Positions 30,940-39,726 of a stretch of 64,000 nucleotides of DNA are shown one piece after another. Under the pieces are notes generated by a model. That model was not told the origin of the DNA. It made no database searches and was given only the letters and a program-made list of their open reading frames with translations. The translations under genes were made by a program, and so were the position numbers. Source of the stretch: Candidatus Latescibacterota bacterium (GTDB lineage: Bacteria; Latescibacterota; UBA2968; GCA-2709665); the NCBI GenBank assembly GCA_965219455.1, contig OZ244744.1, positions 3,712,001 to 3,776,000 of the forward strand. The letters run 5' to 3'. Every line of letters begins with the position of its first letter. Positions within the stretch are counted from its first letter, which is position 1.

Positions 30940-31218
30940 TTACGTCTGCGGCTCACAGACGACCTGATCCACGATGCCTACGATAACGGAGCGGATGGGC
31001 GGCCGATCCACCCCCAGTACCTGCGCAGCCGCAACGCCCTGGCGGAGAACGAGGACGGTTTCGCCGGCGCCCGCGCCGGCGGTGTCGATGGCAAGCAAGG
31101 TGTCGCCGCCGGCGTTGCCGTCTGGCTGAACAGGTTGAACCACCATAAGTTTAGCGGCTTGGTAGGCCGGATGTTTCAGTGTGGAAACAACGCTGCCGAG
31201 CACGCGGGCTAGAATCAT
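30940..31218 (-). CDS. eutN: BMC pentamer (EutN/CcmL) protein
   Basis: MILARVLGSVVST.K..AIDTAGAGAGE..IVGIVD; start set at ATG 31218. Confidence 0.9.
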   Translation of the reverse strand: MILARVLGSVVSTLKHPAYQAAKLMVVQPVQPDGNAGGDTLLAIDTAGAGAGETVLVLRQGVAAAQVLGVDRPPIRSVIVGIVDQVVCEPQT

Positions 31219-31268
31219 GAGAACCGGGAATTGGAGATGAACCGGAGAACTGCATCCGGTTTCGGGCT

Positions 31269-31541
31269 TTATTCGTTCCGGATATCGATCCGGTCGGCGA
31301 TGCCGACGATGGCGGCGTCTACAGGTCCGTATTTTTCCGGCAGGGCATTGGGCGCTTCCCTCGCGCAGACCCAATAGACGGTCTCACCCTGGCCTGCGCT
31401 GACGACGTCGGCGGCCACCAGCGTATCGCCGAGATCGTTCCGACGGTGGTCCATGGGCTGGAGAACGAGCAGCCGGATGCCGGTCAGCGACGGGTCTTTC
31501 GCTGTGGCTACGATTTTTCCGATGACGAGACCGAGTTGCAT
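31269..31541 (-). CDS. eutN: BMC pentamer (EutN/CcmL) protein
   Basis: G.VIGKIVATAKD..AADVVSAGQGE..PVDAAIVGIAD. Confidence 0.92.
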   Translation of the reverse strand: MQLGLVIGKIVATAKDPSLTGIRLLVLQPMDHRRNDLGDTLVAADVVSAGQGETVYWVCAREAPNALPEKYGPVDAAIVGIADRIDIRNE

Positions 31542-31605
31542 GGGATCCGGGTCGTTGAAAGTGAATCGTAAGAAAGGGGCTTGCCAATCCGGCGGTCGCC
31601 GGCGT

Positions 31606-33042
31606 TCAGACGATCCTGAAATAGTCGACCAGCGTGCAGCGGCGCTGCCGCGTGAAAGTTCTGGCCGAGGTGCAACCTTCGCCGGTGGGTGTGGCGATGG
31701 AGAACGAGGTGTACCCTTCGCCGCCGGCGCCCACGCCTGCGGTGGACGGGCCGTTCTTGATAAAGAGACTGCAGCGGCAGGCCCGCGCCATGTTGGTCAT
31801 GTTTTCGACGTTCTTGGAGTGCATGACAGTTGTGTGGCGATAACCACGTTCGGCCTTCACGGCCCATTCGATCCCGGTGTTGACGTCGGGTACCCGGACG
31901 AACGGAATGAAGGGCATCATCTGTTCGTTCTGCGTGAAGGGGTGCTCGGCTTCCACCTCTCCGATCAGCAACTCGGTTTCCGGCGGTACGTTCAGGCCAA
32001 TGCTCTCGGCCAGTACATGCGGGTTGCGGCCCACGAATTCGCGGTTGACGTTTCGTTCGCCTCTGTCGTCTTCAGTAAATGCATGCCTCGTCAGGCTCTC
32101 GATTTGGCCACGGTCCAGTTCCACGCATCCCCTGGACAGCAGAGAACGCTTGAGTTCGTCGGCAACCGATTCGACAACGAAAATTTCCTTTTCGCCTATA
32201 CAGAGAATATTATTGTCGAAGGCGCCGCCTTCCACGATTCCTTCCGCTGCCGTGTCGAGGTCAGCGGTTTCGTCGACCAGCACCGGCGGATTTCCGGGAC
32301 CCGCGGCAATGGCGCGTTTCGGCGCCTGCATGGCGGCTTTGACAACGCCGCCCCCGCCCGTGACCAGGATCAGGTCGATCTTCGGATGTACGAAAAGGTC
32401 CTGAGCGGTCCGGATACTTGGTTCGTGGACGGCGGTTAACAGGTTTGCGGGTCCGCCCGCGTCGACGATGGCCCGATTGAGGATCTGAATGCCCAACTGG
32501 GAGACTTTTTTGGCCCCGGGGTGCGGCGCAAATACGGCGCTGTTTCCTGCGGCGATGAGGCTGATGGCATTGTTCACGGTCGTGGGAACCGGATGTGTGG
32601 AGGGTGTGACGGCGGCAACGACGCCAAAGGGCGCCAGTTCGACAACGGTCAGCCCGCGGTCTCCAGTCCAGGCAACCGGCTTCAGGTCTTCAACGCCCGG
32701 GGTGAGCCGGGCGACCACGTCAAACTTCCGGATCTTGTGGGCAATTCTGCCCATGCCGGTTTCGTCGATGGTCATCTGCGCGAGGCCCTTGGCGTGGTCC
32801 AGCGCCGCCTGTCGAATGGCCTCGATGATTTTACGCCTTGCTTCGAGCGACAGGGCTTCCAGTTCGCGCTGAGCCCGGCCAGCCGCGTCGACCGCACTGT
32901 CGAGGCGTTCGAAGATGCCATCGTCCCCGTTGCCAGCCGATCGGGGCGGAGACGAGACGACCGCGGGGGCCTGCCCTTCCGGCGCAAGGGTACGTACGAC
33001 TTCCTCAACTACGGATCTGATTTGTGCTTCGCTGAAGTTCAT
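31606..33042 (-). CDS. CoA-acylating aldehyde dehydrogenase (EutE/PduP family) with N-terminal encapsulation peptide
   Basis: QIRSVVEEVVRTL peptide; TPSTHP, TGGGGVV, GPGNPP, FDNNILCIGEK (catalytic Cys) and TPTGEG motifs. Confidence 0.95.
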   Translation of the reverse strand: MNFSEAQIRSVVEEVVRTLAPEGQAPAVVSSPPRSAGNGDDGIFERLDSAVDAAGRAQRELEALSLEARRKIIEAIRQAALDHAKGLAQMTIDETGMGRIAHKIRKFDVVARLTPGVEDLKPVAWTGDRGLTVVELAPFGVVAAVTPSTHPVPTTVNNAISLIAAGNSAVFAPHPGAKKVSQLGIQILNRAIVDAGGPANLLTAVHEPSIRTAQDLFVHPKIDLILVTGGGGVVKAAMQAPKRAIAAGPGNPPVLVDETADLDTAAEGIVEGGAFDNNILCIGEKEIFVVESVADELKRSLLSRGCVELDRGQIESLTRHAFTEDDRGERNVNREFVGRNPHVLAESIGLNVPPETELLIGEVEAEHPFTQNEQMMPFIPFVRVPDVNTGIEWAVKAERGYRHTTVMHSKNVENMTNMARACRCSLFIKNGPSTAGVGAGGEGYTSFSIATPTGEGCTSARTFTRQRRCTLVDYFRIV

Positions 33043-33161
33043 GGTTTCGAGAGGTAGAAGAAAACCGGTTTCAGTACGCCATCATTACCGTGGAATTCGG
33101 GATCGCGAGAGAAGCCGAACCGCCAGGTCCCCGGGACGCCGTGGCCATGAGCGGCTATATT

Positions 33162-33458
33162 TCAGGGGTGTTTACGGTAGGTCGTCTCACCTTCCATTTC
33201 GACGGAATCGACGATGGCAACGACGACCGCGTCGACCGGACGGTCTTCTGTTGAACCGGTCATCCGCGCGGAACTGCCGCTTGTGCACAGGACGACTTCA
33301 TTGGCTCCCGCGCCGACGGCGTCGACGGCAACCAGGAAACGACCTCCGGCCTCCAGGGTCCGAATGTCCAGCGTCTGCACGACCTGGAGCTTGAAACCCT
33401 CGAGGCCCCTGTCTTTCTGGGTGGCGACAACCGTCCCCACCACTTTACCTAAAATCAT
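33162..33458 (-). CDS. eutN: BMC pentamer (EutN/CcmL) protein
   Basis: MILGKVVGTVVATQKD..AVDAVGAG..GSSAR..PVDAVVVAIVD. Confidence 0.93.
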   Translation of the reverse strand: MILGKVVGTVVATQKDRGLEGFKLQVVQTLDIRTLEAGGRFLVAVDAVGAGANEVVLCTSGSSARMTGSTEDRPVDAVVVAIVDSVEMEGETTYRKHP

Positions 33459-33475
33459 CGTATATGCTCAGCGCT

Positions 33476-33757
33476 TCAGGACGATTTGCCAATGGGCAGC
33501 ACCTCTTCCAGGCTGCCGTGGGGACGCGGAATCACATGGACGGAAATGAGTTCGCCAATCTTGCCGGCGGCGGCGGCGCCCGCCTCGGTGGCGGCTTTGA
33601 CGGCGGCCACGTCACCCCGGACCATGGCGGTCACGTAGCCAGCCCCGATTTTTTCCCAGTTGACCAGATTTACATTCGCCGCTTTCACCATGGCGTCGGT
33701 CGCCTCAATCATCGCGACCAGACCTCTGGTTTCGATCAATCCAAGGGCTTCACCCAT
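33476..33757 (-). CDS. BMC hexamer shell protein (EutM/PduA-like)
   Basis: [36 protein letters not shown]; SD GAGGA before ATG 33757. Confidence 0.95.
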   Translation of the reverse strand: MGEALGLIETRGLVAMIEATDAMVKAANVNLVNWEKIGAGYVTAMVRGDVAAVKAATEAGAAAAGKIGELISVHVIPRPHGSLEEVLPIGKSS

Positions 33758-33838
33758 GTTGCGATTCCTCCTGTTTAGAGTTTTCGACCAAAGCCCGGCG
33801 GGTATGGCGCCCGCCTGTTTCTTCAACGAGAGCCGAAT

Positions 33839-35323
33839 TCATTTCTTCCCATAGACAGCCAGCCGGTAGGGCCGGGGGCCGTCGAAGGTCCTGATGGGTT
33901 CGTAGGATTCCCTGAACCAGGGCGCCGTCGCGATCGGGTTTTCCAGTGAGGCCCACAAGGGATCGTGCAACAGCATATAATCAGGCCGGTACGTTCGGAC
34001 GGGCCAGGCAACGTCGCCCGCTGCCAGGTGAGGACCGACCGAGGGGGTGACCAGACCACAGACGTCCACAATATACCGATTACTGTAAAAACCCACGATG
34101 CCGATTTCGACCATTCCGACAGAAGCCGTTGCCGGCGTATTTGCGGCAAGCCACTCGCCCGCCATCTTGTAGATCGGGTACCTCGGCTGGGGTTCCCGCC
34201 CCAACTGTTTGACGGTGGGGGTGAGCACGGCAATCAGAAGCGGGATACACAGCAGCGAGGTTATCCGGACTTCATAACCGCGCCAGACCGGCCACCGGCC
34301 CACGACCCACCGGGTCATCGAGACCGTACCCAGGGCGGTGAGGATCATCAGGAGCGGCACGAGCCCGGCGTAATAGTTGTACGCCGCCGGCACGCCCATC
34401 GCCCAGTACCCGAGAAAGATGAATACCGGCCAGCCCGCGATAAGCAGAATTCGCCTGTCCGCACGGAATATCCTTCTGGCGCCCGCGATTGCCGGTAGCG
34501 CAAACCAGAGAAAAAACGGTGACCATTCCAGGTATCCCCGGCCGGTATAAAGGACGCCGTGCCACAGCGATCTCCAGAGTCCACTTGCGCCCATCGCCCG
34601 CTTTGCCTCTAGCGTATTTGGAAAGGGCGATCCGAAGGTCCAGGCCGCGTAGATCGACCACCCGCCGACAACGATGGCGAAGACAAGAAGCGGGCGCCAG
34701 GCGTGTCGCCTGTGAATCCACAGGTGGTGGCCCAGGATCAGTCCGGCTGGTACGAGTCCGTCACCGCGTGTGAGTGTGCCCAACGCGAGCAGCAGAGCCG
34801 CCAGATTCGTCCGGTTCGAAAAGTAGGCGGCGTAGGCGCCGAATATCAGTGCCTGGAACAGATTTAATTCGAAGCCGAGTACATCGCCCAGGTACGGATT
34901 CAGGACCACGAGAACCGCGGCAACGATACCGGCCGTGTTTTCGTTAAAGCGTACGAGGATGCGTCCGATCAGCAAGCCCAGCGCCCCCAGCGCGGCGCCG
35001 CTGAGAAGGGTACTGATCAGCGGATAGTCTCCGGCAATCCGACCCGGCAGAGCGAGGAGCAAGGCATAAAGCGGCGCCGTCGTTCCGAGCACCCGTTCGC
35101 CGGGATTATAGATGAACCCCCGCCCTTCCGCGAGGTTTTTCGCATATCGGTAGGTGATATACGGATCGTCCATCTGCACCCGGTGGAAACATGCAACCGC
35201 CGGGGGCGTCAGGAGCACGACCAGGATGAAGATCCGGGCGTTGGTCGAACGGATGGAACGAATCGGTACGGCCTTAATAGCCTGAATAATCCATAGAGAC
35301 GCCTGTGCGTCAACGCGAGTCAT
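33839..35323 (-). CDS. polytopic membrane protein, GT-C (ArnT/AftB-like) glycosyltransferase
   Basis: DDPYITYRYAKNLAEGRG..NPGERVLGTTAPL, TRGDG, PNT..AK and EIGIVGF..DVCGL motifs; start uncertain. Confidence 0.78.
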   Translation of the reverse strand: MTRVDAQASLWIIQAIKAVPIRSIRSTNARIFILVVLLTPPAVACFHRVQMDDPYITYRYAKNLAEGRGFIYNPGERVLGTTAPLYALLLALPGRIAGDYPLISTLLSGAALGALGLLIGRILVRFNENTAGIVAAVLVVLNPYLGDVLGFELNLFQALIFGAYAAYFSNRTNLAALLLALGTLTRGDGLVPAGLILGHHLWIHRRHAWRPLLVFAIVVGGWSIYAAWTFGSPFPNTLEAKRAMGASGLWRSLWHGVLYTGRGYLEWSPFFLWFALPAIAGARRIFRADRRILLIAGWPVFIFLGYWAMGVPAAYNYYAGLVPLLMILTALGTVSMTRWVVGRWPVWRGYEVRITSLLCIPLLIAVLTPTVKQLGREPQPRYPIYKMAGEWLAANTPATASVGMVEIGIVGFYSNRYIVDVCGLVTPSVGPHLAAGDVAWPVRTYRPDYMLLHDPLWASLENPIATAPWFRESYEPIRTFDGPRPYRLAVYGKK

Positions 35324-35423
35324 TCAAGTCCGACCCGGTAGCGTATGATTCACCCGACCGGCTGGATCGCTCCGATACATGGCGATGAAGCATAATTGCA
35401 TCGCATCGGACCTATGTGTCCCC

Positions 35424-35473
35424 TCCCGGAAATATGTCACCGGAATTCCGGCAACCTATTTCTGGGTCAGAAC
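35424..35473. repeat. short inverted-repeat element, family C, copy 2 (inverted)
   Basis: Reverse complement GTTCTGACCCAGAAATAGGTTGCCGGAATTCCGGTGACATA matches 30002-30038. Confidence 0.55.
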
Positions 35474-35532
35474 ACAAGAAACGGGTTGCTTTTACGAATG
35501 TGGCGCCTTACGCGGCCTCCGGGACAAGCGGC

Positions 35533-36249
35533 TCAGGATTCGATAAAAGCCTTGCCTCCGCAGACAAGGTCGGCGGCGTTGGCGTCGTCGGTGTCCAGGT
35601 GGAGTTCGGGCAAATAACCGGCGTCGATTTTCAGCCTGACATTCTCGAAGGTGAGTCCCTTTTCGCCGCTCACGCGGGCACGAACGGCGCTACGCCCGGC
35701 AAGCCCCATTTCAGCAACGTCGATGGGCCGAAGGTGGAGGTGCCTGGCGGCGCGGATGGCGGCAGGTACGGTAAGAGATCCTTGAGGGCCCACAAAAGTG
35801 ACCCGCTGGGCGCCTCGCAGGTCGCCGGAGTCCCGCACAGGGGGATCGAGACCGAGAAAGATGGCGTCGGTACGGGCCAATTCGACCTGATTGTAGTCCC
35901 GGGCGGGTCCCAGAATCCGGACACGCTCGATGGCGCGCAAGCGGGGTCCGATCACTGAAACGCATTCTTCGGCCGCGTACCCGCCTGGTTGATAGAGTTC
36001 TCTGAAAGGCGTGAGTTCCGAACCGGCACCGAACAGGATATCCATGGCATCGCGGTTCAGATGACAGTGCCTTGCGGAGACGCCGACCGGAATTTCGAGG
36101 AGGCCGTCTTCTCCGTTCCGAATCCTCCCGATCACTTCCCGGACGACGCGGGCGATATCCGGCGACCCGTTGCCGGGTGCGGCCTGCTGCCCTCGATTGC
36201 ACAGCTTACAGTCCGCGCATTCGGAAGCAGGTTTGAATGTCTGTAACAT
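35533..36249 (-). CDS. pduL: phosphate propanoyltransferase PduL with N-terminal Cys motif and encapsulation peptide
   Basis: GVSARHCHL, RAARHLHL and ELHLDTDDANAA motifs; N-terminal CADCKLC and DIARVVREVIGRI. Confidence 0.93.
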   Translation of the reverse strand: MLQTFKPASECADCKLCNRGQQAAPGNGSPDIARVVREVIGRIRNGEDGLLEIPVGVSARHCHLNRDAMDILFGAGSELTPFRELYQPGGYAAEECVSVIGPRLRAIERVRILGPARDYNQVELARTDAIFLGLDPPVRDSGDLRGAQRVTFVGPQGSLTVPAAIRAARHLHLRPIDVAEMGLAGRSAVRARVSGEKGLTFENVRLKIDAGYLPELHLDTDDANAADLVCGGKAFIES

Positions 36250-36320
36250 CGGGTCGCGGCGCCTGTTACGTCGGCGTTTTTAGTACGGACAATGGGTGTG
36301 AGTCCAGACTCAAGATCGGA

Positions 36321-36349
36321 AAAATAGCAGGTTGAAATCGCAAAGTCAA
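36321..36349 (-). promoter_or_regulatory. promoter of the BMC locus
   Basis: TTGACT-17 nt-TATTTT with TGn extension. Confidence 0.55.
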
Positions 36350-36397
36350 GGGATTTCGGGGACTCGTGCGACTGCCCGCACGCGAGAGGCCGTACGC

Positions 36398-36425
36398 TTG
36401 ACAATTCGCGGGGTTATGGTATAAT
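36398..36425 (+). promoter_or_regulatory. consensus sigma70 promoter of the surface-glycan operon
   Basis: TTGACA-16 nt-TATAAT with TGn extension. Confidence 0.75.
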
Positions 36426-36584
36426 TGGGCGGTTTTCCGTCCGGTCCGGATAAACAGGGTGCTGGTGCTTCTTCTTCCGGTCGGTCGGCGTGATCGCGGT
36501 GTCTGCCGGTTGTGGTCACGACCGGTGTGAACCCTTCCGAAGGTCAATTTGCTGCAGAGATCTGTTTTTCCCGGACAAGACGTT

Positions 36585-38264
36585 GTGAGATCCGTATTCC
36601 TGTTGCTGGCGGTTCTATCCCTGTCCCGGACTGTCCAGGCGGATGACAATACCCCCGATGTCCCACTTAACCACGGGGTTTATCGGACACTCGACCGGTA
36701 CGACGCCAGCGGCTGGCTGGACGTCGCCGCGTCGCAGATCAGACCGTACACCCGTCTGAAGGTCGCCCGGCTCCTGCTTCAGGTCCTGCGGGGGATAGAA
36801 GCGCATGGCGGCATGTCGGACACCGAGCGGGGTATCCTCCAGAGACATCTGGCGGAGTTCCGCCCGGAGGTCGCGCGGTTGCGCCACGCGCCGGCGCGGG
36901 CCGGAAGCGGCACCCTCGAGCGGCTGGCTGGTACGCTTTTTTCCTGGCAGGATACGGCTGCATCTGTCGTACTCGAAGCGGTTTTCCGGCAGCGGTTGAT
37001 TCTGATTCGGGGTGAGCTCCGGGATACTGAAAACGTTTCGCAGACGCATATTGGCGCGGTTGTCCGTGGCACCCTTGGAGACCGCCTCGGTTTTCGCGCG
37101 CGGCACTTCGAAGCCCGGGAATGGAGCACCCGGTCCCGTCTGACCCGGGCTGATGTGCTGGCCCGGCCGATCGAACTGGTGCAATTAAAGGAGAAGGCCG
37201 CGGACTTTCGGGAAGCCACCTATCAGCTCGTGTGGGCGACGCGCTGGTTCGACGTGGATGCCGTAAAGGGCAGTCTGGATTGGGGGCCGGGAAGGACGGG
37301 CAATCTGTTTCTGACTCCTGTCGCACCGTCGTTCGGGATGGTGCGGCTCCGGACGACGTACGGGCGGGTGCGTTTCAGTCACATTCTGGGATTTCTGGAG
37401 GCCGATGCGGGCCTGCTCGACCCTTCACGGACGCTGGTAGACAACGGTCACCGCCGTACGTTTTCCCGGGCCAAAGCAATTGCCGCCCACCGCGTGGAGG
37501 CCGATCTCTCTCCCCGCATCCGTCTGGGATTCCAGGAGGCGGTGATATACGGAGATCGAGATTTCGAGTTTCTGTATGCGCCTCCCGTATCGGTGCTTAC
37601 CGCCGCCCAGATGGCGGTGGGAGACAGGGACAACCTGGCTGTGGGCCTGGATCTCTCGTTTCGTCCTGTTCGAGGCGTACAGACGTACCTCGCGTTATTT
37701 ATGGATGATTTAAGGAAATTCAGCCCGGGCGATTTTTCCAATAAGCTCGCGATCCAGACCGGCGTGTTCTGGGTCGATCCGTTCGGGTTGCGGGACACGG
37801 ATTTTCGAGCCGAGTTCGTACATATCGAGCCCTTCGTGTATTCTCACAGGTTCAACATCAACGCGTTCACACATTTCGACGCGCTCCTCGGTTATCCGAC
37901 CGGGCCGAATTCGGATCGGGTCTGGACCCGGTTGACGCACCGGCTGTCGCCCTCGGTTTCGGCTTCGCTGAGCCTGGAAAGGACGCGTGAGGGCGAGAAT
38001 GTCGAGAATACCGATGGCACGGTGACGAACGTGGGGGGCGATGCGCGACAGGGACGGCGTCCCGCGGATCCTGCGGTGCGGAAATTCATGAGCGGTACGG
38101 TGGAGAAACGGACCCGCATTGGTGCGGACCTCGTCTTCGAGCCGGTCCGTGATCTGGTACTCTCCGCAAACTACCGGCTGACGCGTGCGAGCAAGCGGGG
38201 CGGAAATCGTGAGGGTGGAAGCACCCACGACTGGCGCGTGACGCTGGACCTCAATTTTTTCTGA
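36585..38264 (+). CDS. wzi: capsule assembly Wzi family outer-membrane beta-barrel
   Basis: Signal peptide from GTG 36585; RPYTR, WGPG..NLFL, AHRVE and QEAVIYG motifs; C-terminal Phe. Confidence 0.8.
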   Translation: MRSVFLLLAVLSLSRTVQADDNTPDVPLNHGVYRTLDRYDASGWLDVAASQIRPYTRLKVARLLLQVLRGIEAHGGMSDTERGILQRHLAEFRPEVARLRHAPARAGSGTLERLAGTLFSWQDTAASVVLEAVFRQRLILIRGELRDTENVSQTHIGAVVRGTLGDRLGFRARHFEAREWSTRSRLTRADVLARPIELVQLKEKAADFREATYQLVWATRWFDVDAVKGSLDWGPGRTGNLFLTPVAPSFGMVRLRTTYGRVRFSHILGFLEADAGLLDPSRTLVDNGHRRTFSRAKAIAAHRVEADLSPRIRLGFQEAVIYGDRDFEFLYAPPVSVLTAAQMAVGDRDNLAVGLDLSFRPVRGVQTYLALFMDDLRKFSPGDFSNKLAIQTGVFWVDPFGLRDTDFRAEFVHIEPFVYSHRFNINAFTHFDALLGYPTGPNSDRVWTRLTHRLSPSVSASLSLERTREGENVENTDGTVTNVGGDARQGRRPADPAVRKFMSGTVEKRTRIGADLVFEPVRDLVLSANYRLTRASKRGGNREGGSTHDWRVTLDLNFF

Positions 38265-38280
38265 ACGGAACAGGGGACAG

Positions 38281-39726
38281 ATGGCTGCGGAAACGGGCGT
38301 CTCGACGGCCCGATTGTACGGACGGTGGCTGATTCCGGCCGTATGCCTCGCGCAACTCGCGCTGATCGCGCTTCCCGCCTGGCGTTTCGGCGAGGTCATA
38401 CCGGTTGTCACGGTGAGCCTGGTTGTGGTTTCAGCGGTCGCGCTGATGTCGTCGGTCACATCCGCGCTCCTGTACATCTGTTTCATCGCTTCCGTAATCT
38501 CCTCCGAGTTTTATGAAGAGCATCTCATGCTGCCCCAGAATCTGCATTTCTGCGAGGCGCTGTTTCTGGTGGTATGGGGCGTGGCATTTGTCGCCTGGCT
38601 GCAGGAACGGAGGTTGAACTGGCGACGCACCCGTCTGGACCGTCCGGTGCTGGTTTTTCTGGGGCTGGTTGTGGCATCGATGGCGCTGGGTCTGTTTTAC
38701 GGGCAGGACGTCCGGCAAATGCTGCGGGATGTACGATATCCGCTTTACTACGTGCTGTTTTTCGTCGCAACAGGATTTTTCGACCTGCGCAGGCGCAGGG
38801 CGTTTCTGATGGTACTGGTGATTTCGGCGGCCGTCGTGGGCGTGGAATACCTGATTGAATTCGTCCAGGCTATCGATCTCTCCTTTGCCGGTGCATTCTA
38901 CCGCGTGGCCCGTCGGGAGGGGCTGCTGCTGCCGATGGGTGTTCTGGTTCTCGCGGCGGCATTTTTGTACGACACGTCGCCGGTTCGGCGCATGTTAGGT
39001 GGTCTTCTTATGGTTCCCATCGGTCTTGCGCTGGTGGTCACGATGGGACGCGCAATGTGGGGCAGCCTGTTGTTCGGGCTGTTCTGCGTGGGCGGTCTGG
39101 TATTGCTGGATCGGAGGAGGCATCGTGGACGGCGGCTTCTGATATTGATACTGATTCCCGTACTGCTCGTTGGCCTGGGCTATTATTTCCAGCAGTTCAC
39201 GGGCGCAGGCGTTGAGGACATGGCGGCCCATCGCCTGCGGCGCACCGTAGCGGAGGGAGACCTGGAAATTCAGGGGCGTCTGCTGGCCTATGCGCTGGCC
39301 CTGGAGAAGATATGGCAGCGGCCCGTGCTGGGAGGAGGACACGGCGCCACGATTTCCTATCTGAGGGTCGACGAGTATTCGCAGCCCTACGTATTTACGT
39401 CCGGAGGCGTGGACAATACCTATTTGACGATTATGATGCGTATGGGGATTCTGGGCGTGATCGCCTTCTTGTGGATATTTGTCAGGGGGCTGCGAATCGC
39501 CTACGGCATGTTTCGCCGCACCGACGATCCGCACGTAAAGGGGTTTTGCGTTGCGTTTCTTGCGGTGTACGCGGCACTGCTGGTGTATATTATGACCGAC
39601 AATACAATGATGGGCAACCGGCTGATTTTCTGGCATGCATGTTTTCTCGGCATTCTTGCCCGTATGGATGGAGAGGGACATGAAACCGGCGGTGACGGCG
39701 GTGGTGGTGAACTGGAACGCGGGTAA
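38281..39726 (+). CDS. O-antigen ligase/polymerase (Wzy_C/WaaL-like)
   Basis: Polytopic; TMGRA, GR..Y..ALEKIWQRPVLGGGHG and DNTYL..MGILG motifs. Confidence 0.82.
   Translation: MAAETGVSTARLYGRWLIPAVCLAQLALIALPAWRFGEVIPVVTVSLVVVSAVALMSSVTSALLYICFIASVISSEFYEEHLMLPQNLHFCEALFLVVWGVAFVAWLQERRLNWRRTRLDRPVLVFLGLVVASMALGLFYGQDVRQMLRDVRYPLYYVLFFVATGFFDLRRRRAFLMVLVISAAVVGVEYLIEFVQAIDLSFAGAFYRVARREGLLLPMGVLVLAAAFLYDTSPVRRMLGGLLMVPIGLALVVTMGRAMWGSLLFGLFCVGGLVLLDRRRHRGRRLLILILIPVLLVGLGYYFQQFTGAGVEDMAAHRLRRTVAEGDLEIQGRLLAYALALEKIWQRPVLGGGHGATISYLRVDEYSQPYVFTSGGVDNTYLTIMMRMGILGVIAFLWIFVRGLRIAYGMFRRTDDPHVKGFCVAFLAVYAALLVYIMTDNTMMGNRLIFWHACFLGILARMDGEGHETGGDGGGGELERG

Noticed and set aside
36426-36584. JUMPStart/ops element in the glycan operon leader
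   Set aside because: Only GGCGGT is present; the full GGCGGTAG motif is absent.
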